Assembly: GCA_027031765.1 (NCBI GenBank) | Contig: JALVPN010000167.1 | Coordinates: forward strand, 851 to 10,719 | DNA length: 9,869 bases | Reading direction: 5' to 3' | Source of the DNA: Promethearchaeota archaeon | GTDB taxonomy: Archaea; Asgardarchaeota; Thorarchaeia; Thorarchaeales; Thorarchaeaceae | Part shown: positions 6,833 through 9,869 of the stretch, one piece after another | Position numbering within the stretch: position 1 is the first letter of the stretch | Layout of the letters: each line of letters starts with the position of its first letter | Notes under the pieces: model-generated | Database searches by the model: none | What the model was told of the DNA's origin: nothing | Seen by the model: only the letters and a program-made list of their open reading frames with translations | Made by a program: the position numbers and the translations under genes

Positions 6833-7390
6833 TCAAGTACGCATTGCCAGCTCTCGTACAGTCCTACTAGAGAGCTGCCTGTGCGACTTCTGCTCGTAGC
6901 TCACCTGCACCATGTAGATCATGGCCTCAAGACCAAGGTGTGCACAGGCTAGGGCTACAGCACTGCCCGACTGTCCGGCACCGGTCTCGGTGGTGTAGCC
7001 CTCTGCTACCTCCTTGGACGCATAGTACGTCTGTGCTAGGCCGTGTTCAGCTTGTGGGAGCCGGTGGGCGACACGTCCTCGCGCTTGAAGTAGACCAGCG
7101 CGGGGGTCTTCAGGTACTCCTCAGCCGACATGCCCGTTGGAACGGTGTGGGACGACCATACTTCGCATGTGTCTCACGCACATCCTCTGGCACCGGATCC
7201 TCCGCTCTGTGGACACCTCCTGTGCCACACACTCTCGGGGGAACAGTGCTATGAGCGCCTCCGGTGCCACTGGCCTGTCAGCTCCGGGCTCCAGTGGCGA
7301 GGGGAGCGGCTCCTTGAGGAACGGCAGCATGTTGACATACTCCTTCGGGATGTCGTCCACCTCGAGGAGGACTCGCGCATCACTGTTCAT
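6833..7390 (-). pseudogene. trpB2: Tryptophan synthase beta chain 2 (TrpB2) pseudogene, N-terminal ~180 codons only
   Basis: Reconstructed across three -1 frameshifts (~7195, ~7123, ~7038): MNSDARVLLEVDDIPKEYVNMLPFLKEPLPSPLEPG...[77 protein letters not shown]...TTETGAGQSGSAVALACAHLGLEAMIYMVQVSYEQK. It contains the TrpB2 N-terminus, the PLP-lysine motif GSHKxN and TETGAGQ. Homology ends near 6870, with a stop at 6833. GGAGG lies upstream of ATG 7390. Confidence 0.9.
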
Positions 7391-8011
7391 GATAGCCCCC
7401 TCCCCGGTCGGTGACAGGACACACCAGTGTTGTCCCACGGCCGGGACATGGTGCCCTGCTGTCGTGCTGGTCTTATGGGCCCAGCCCAGTATACGCTCCT
7501 GCGGAAACGTCAGTCTGTGAGAAGGGCAAGCCGGGACTCTTCGCAAGAGCCGTGTCCACAAGAATGCTCGGACGGGTCTCTGAGGGCCCTACTCCCATTG
7601 GTAGTTACACACGCTCGTTGCGACACTTCACCTCAGGTGTGGTGTGGGCCGACGACCACTCCACCCACCCATAGACGATACTCACTGGTAGACCTGTAGA
7701 TACACATGTGTACACCGTCGGACGGTCGTATCGTCCGGCATGACCGTGGTCACCGGTCTTCCTACAGACGGCAGACGCGGCGCTACTCGTGGTCACTACT
7801 GGACAGCGCCCTGATGGTTGGCACACCCTCAACACACGTGTCGCCCGGGGACGACGCTGAGTCTCGTCTCTGCAGTACCGCCACAGTACCACAGATGTCG
7901 AGTCCTTCCGACCAGCCTTACGGCAAGCGGTATGACAGTACCGCGTACTATGGACTGGTGCCCTGTACTCTGAGTGGCCGCTATCCTTGGCCGCAGGGAC
8001 TGGGATGGGGC

Positions 8012-9214
8012 CTATCGTCTGAGCCGGGCACGTAGGTAGGCGGGTGCGATGCGCAGGAGCGTGCGTAGGACTCCTCTCTGACCGGTGAGCATCTCGGCCA
8101 CGGCACGCAGGTGGCTGGGTGAACGTACAATGGCATCGCCTACGGTGGAGGAGCCACTGCTGAGGAGTCGGCGCTGTAGCCACAGGCCCCACTTGAGGTC
8201 GCTACCCATCATGGCCTTCCACTTGGTCTCGTACCACCTGAGTCCTGCAGCTCTTGTGTTCCCATGACTGAGGGCACGCACGGCGCCCTCGCCCGCAACA
8301 GTACCTCCAACCATGGAGTAGTAGATCCCCTCACCTGTTATGGGCGAGCAGTGGCAGGCCGCATCACCTGCCAGCAGGACGCGGTCCGCAAAGGACGGGG
8401 TCACGACGCCTGCGAGTGGTACCAGTGCAGCCTCTCTCCCGAGTACCGGGGCGTTGCCGTACTCGCTCCTGACCGGCTCCGTGTCATGCAGCAGGTGCGC
8501 CAAGTAGCCGTACATATCGGCGCGTTCTTCCCTCACCCTGCTGACAAGGCCACCAGTCCCCACGACCACCTCGGACTCACGTGGGAACACCCAGGCGTAG
8601 CCACTTGGAGAGAACTCGTGGCCATAGAAGAAGTCCACCGAGTGACGTGGGGTCTGTCCCTCCGGGCTGCCGAGGATGTACTGCACTGCGTACCCCATCC
8701 TGTCTGTCGGGACCCGCTCCCTCACAAGTCCACACCGCAGGGCCACCGCATTCACACCACTGGCATCTATGACCAGCTCCGCAGTCACCACCTCCGTTTC
8801 GTCACCGCGTCCGAGGATGGCCTTGCAGCCTGTACCGTCAATTGTGAGCCGTCGGACACGGACGCCGGTCTCCACGTTCCTGTCCGCGCCTGGAATCCTC
8901 TCCAAGAAGGCCCTCGCAAGGTCTTCGCGCCGCATGTCGACGCCGATGGGACTGTCGAACTCCACTTCGACGAGCTCCATGCCGGGGAACTTCATCCGGA
9001 CCCGGTCTATCGGGTGGGCCGTCGGGGGCACCGGGATGTCGGCCTCACTGAACACGCGTGCTGGCACGAACCCCCCACACGGCTTGTCACGACCAGGTAC
9101 TGGTGACCGGTCGACAAGCAGGTAGTCAACACCATGCCTGTCCAGCACCATTGCGGCAGAGAGCCCTGCTGGGCCCGCCCCGATGACGAGGACTTCAAGG
9201 TCTGGTCTGACCAT
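8012..9214 (-). CDS. Geranylgeranyl reductase family FAD-dependent oxidoreductase (DGGGPL reductase-like), 400 aa
   Basis: Motifs VLVIGAGPAGLSAA (FAD binding), KPCGG, SPSGYAWVFP (GGR PxxYxWxFP), VLLAGDAA and PITGEGIYYSM. Probable start ATG 9214 (MVRPDLEV). Confidence 0.9.
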   Translation of the reverse strand: MVRPDLEVLVIGAGPAGLSAAMVLDRHGVDYLLVDRSPVPGRDKPCGGFVPARVFSEADIPVPPTAHPIDRVRMKFPGMELVEVEFDSPIGVDMRREDLARAFLERIPGADRNVETGVRVRRLTIDGTGCKAILGRGDETEVVTAELVIDASGVNAVALRCGLVRERVPTDRMGYAVQYILGSPEGQTPRHSVDFFYGHEFSPSGYAWVFPRESEVVVGTGGLVSRVREERADMYGYLAHLLHDTEPVRSEYGNAPVLGREAALVPLAGVVTPSFADRVLLAGDAACHCSPITGEGIYYSMVGGTVAGEGAVRALSHGNTRAAGLRWYETKWKAMMGSDLKWGLWLQRRLLSSGSSTVGDAIVRSPSHLRAVAEMLTGQRGVLRTLLRIAPAYLRARLRR

Positions 9215-9236
9215 AGCGCCCTGGGTCGTACTCGTA

Positions 9237-9244
9237 TCTATTAA
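9237..9244 (-). promoter_or_regulatory. Putative TATA box of the GGR gene
   Basis: The minus strand reads TTAATAGA about 22 nt upstream of ATG 9214, consistent with a leaderless or short-leader transcript. Confidence 0.45.
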
Positions 9245-9459
9245 CATTCGTGCCCAACCTGTCCGCAGGCCCTATCGCTCTGTTCGTGGTCAGGATGCCC
9301 CCTGTGTGTGTTGAAGAGGCACGGCGTACTCCTCCCGACTCGGAGTGGGTGGCTGTCCCCAGTCTGCGCCCCAGTAGCACAGGCAACTTGGACTGAGCAG
9401 TTGGGGCGGAGTGCTGACACAGGACGACCTGGACATGTCCTCTGTCCCGCCGACGCACA

Positions 9460-9828
9460 GTACACGCAGCTCTCAGATTCAGCCTTATTCCGTGGTGCAA
9501 CGTGTACCCGTGACCTCGGCGTACACGCATGGATGGGATAGTTACCGCGATAACTGCGTGTGGATTCGGCTGGTGGTCGGTACACGCATGTGGTACACGC
9601 TAGTCTACATACCTCTCATGAGTAAACGTTTACCGCCAACGGTACACGCTAGAGGTGGCGCACGACGGCGGGCCTGAATGGCACACGAAAAATATCGAGT
9701 ACACGTTGCTCTTTCCTAACTATGGTAACGTGTACTTTCGACCCGTCCGAGTCGCCCGCACACGTGCGGCCCACAGCTACTGGTGTGGCTACCAGTTATC
9801 GTGTCCGCACCGTAGTGGCGTACACGTT
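9460..9828. repeat. Cluster B: ~60-bp-periodic array of the (R)GTACACGYW motif (9 exact copies plus variants)
   Basis: GTACACG at 9460, 9521, 9580, 9593, 9642, 9699 and 9820; CGTGTAC at 9501 and 9729; one-mismatch variants at 9622/9627, 9681, 9758 and 9800. Confidence 0.9.
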
Positions 9829-9869
9829 TGCCTGTTCTCGACCCCATCTGCGAGGTCCCCGGCCCCCGG

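Noticed and set aside
7037-7196. Programmed ribosomal frameshifting rescuing trpB2
   Set aside because: It would need three successive shifts, there are no slippery heptamers, and the product would still lack the C-terminal majority of the enzyme.
8264-9106. 280-aa plus-strand ORF, and other antisense ORFs (3560-4261, 5-478, 4529-5056)
   Set aside because: These are shadow ORFs opposite well-supported genes, as expected in GC-rich DNA.
9195-9677. ORFs 9195-9530, 9241-9585, 9308-9541 and 9411-9677 as genes explaining the repeat
   Set aside because: They have no recognisable motifs and atypical composition, and the GTACACG copies fall in different frames and strands, so the repeat is not an encoded peptide motif.
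9680-9740. Classical archaeal replication origin (ORB plus DUE)
   Set aside because: There is no ORB-like TCCA-GAAAC/G-string motif, only a short AT patch (AAAAATAT, 9688-9695), and no orc1/cdc6 in the window. A non-canonical origin remains an open hypothesis.
9460-9828. Canonical CRISPR array
   Set aside because: The period (~60 bp) is CRISPR-like, but the conserved part is only 7-10 bp rather than ~23-47 bp, copies occur in both orientations, and no cas genes are present in the window.
1-9869. tRNA, rRNA, IS elements or integrase
   Set aside because: I found no T-loop/cloverleaf signature, rRNA-conserved block, transposase or recombinase motif, or terminal inverted repeats with target duplication by eye.

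Overview
GC-rich archaeal DNA. The archaeal call rests on TATA/BRE-like promoters, a geranylgeranyl reductase, a DUF106 protein and a TrpB2 remnant; an Asgard/Thorarchaeia-like origin is only my impression. Genes from left to right: a partial HEAT-like protein (-), two hypothetical proteins (-), a DUF362 Fe-S protein (-), a divergent MFS transporter (+), a DUF106/EMC3-TMCO1 Oxa1-superfamily membrane protein (-), a 90-aa hypothetical protein (+) with a hairpin/oligo-T terminator, a frameshifted and truncated trpB2 pseudogene (-), and a geranylgeranyl-reductase-family flavoprotein (-). The genes do not explain the most striking signal, which is non-coding. An asymmetric motif, (R)GTACACGYW, occurs 14 times in two intergenic patches (5987-6273 and 9460-9826). 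In the right-hand patch the forward copies recur every ~60 bp over seven units separated by unrelated sequence, with extra, mostly inverted copies in between. No tRNA, rRNA, CRISPR array, transposase or integrase is visible.
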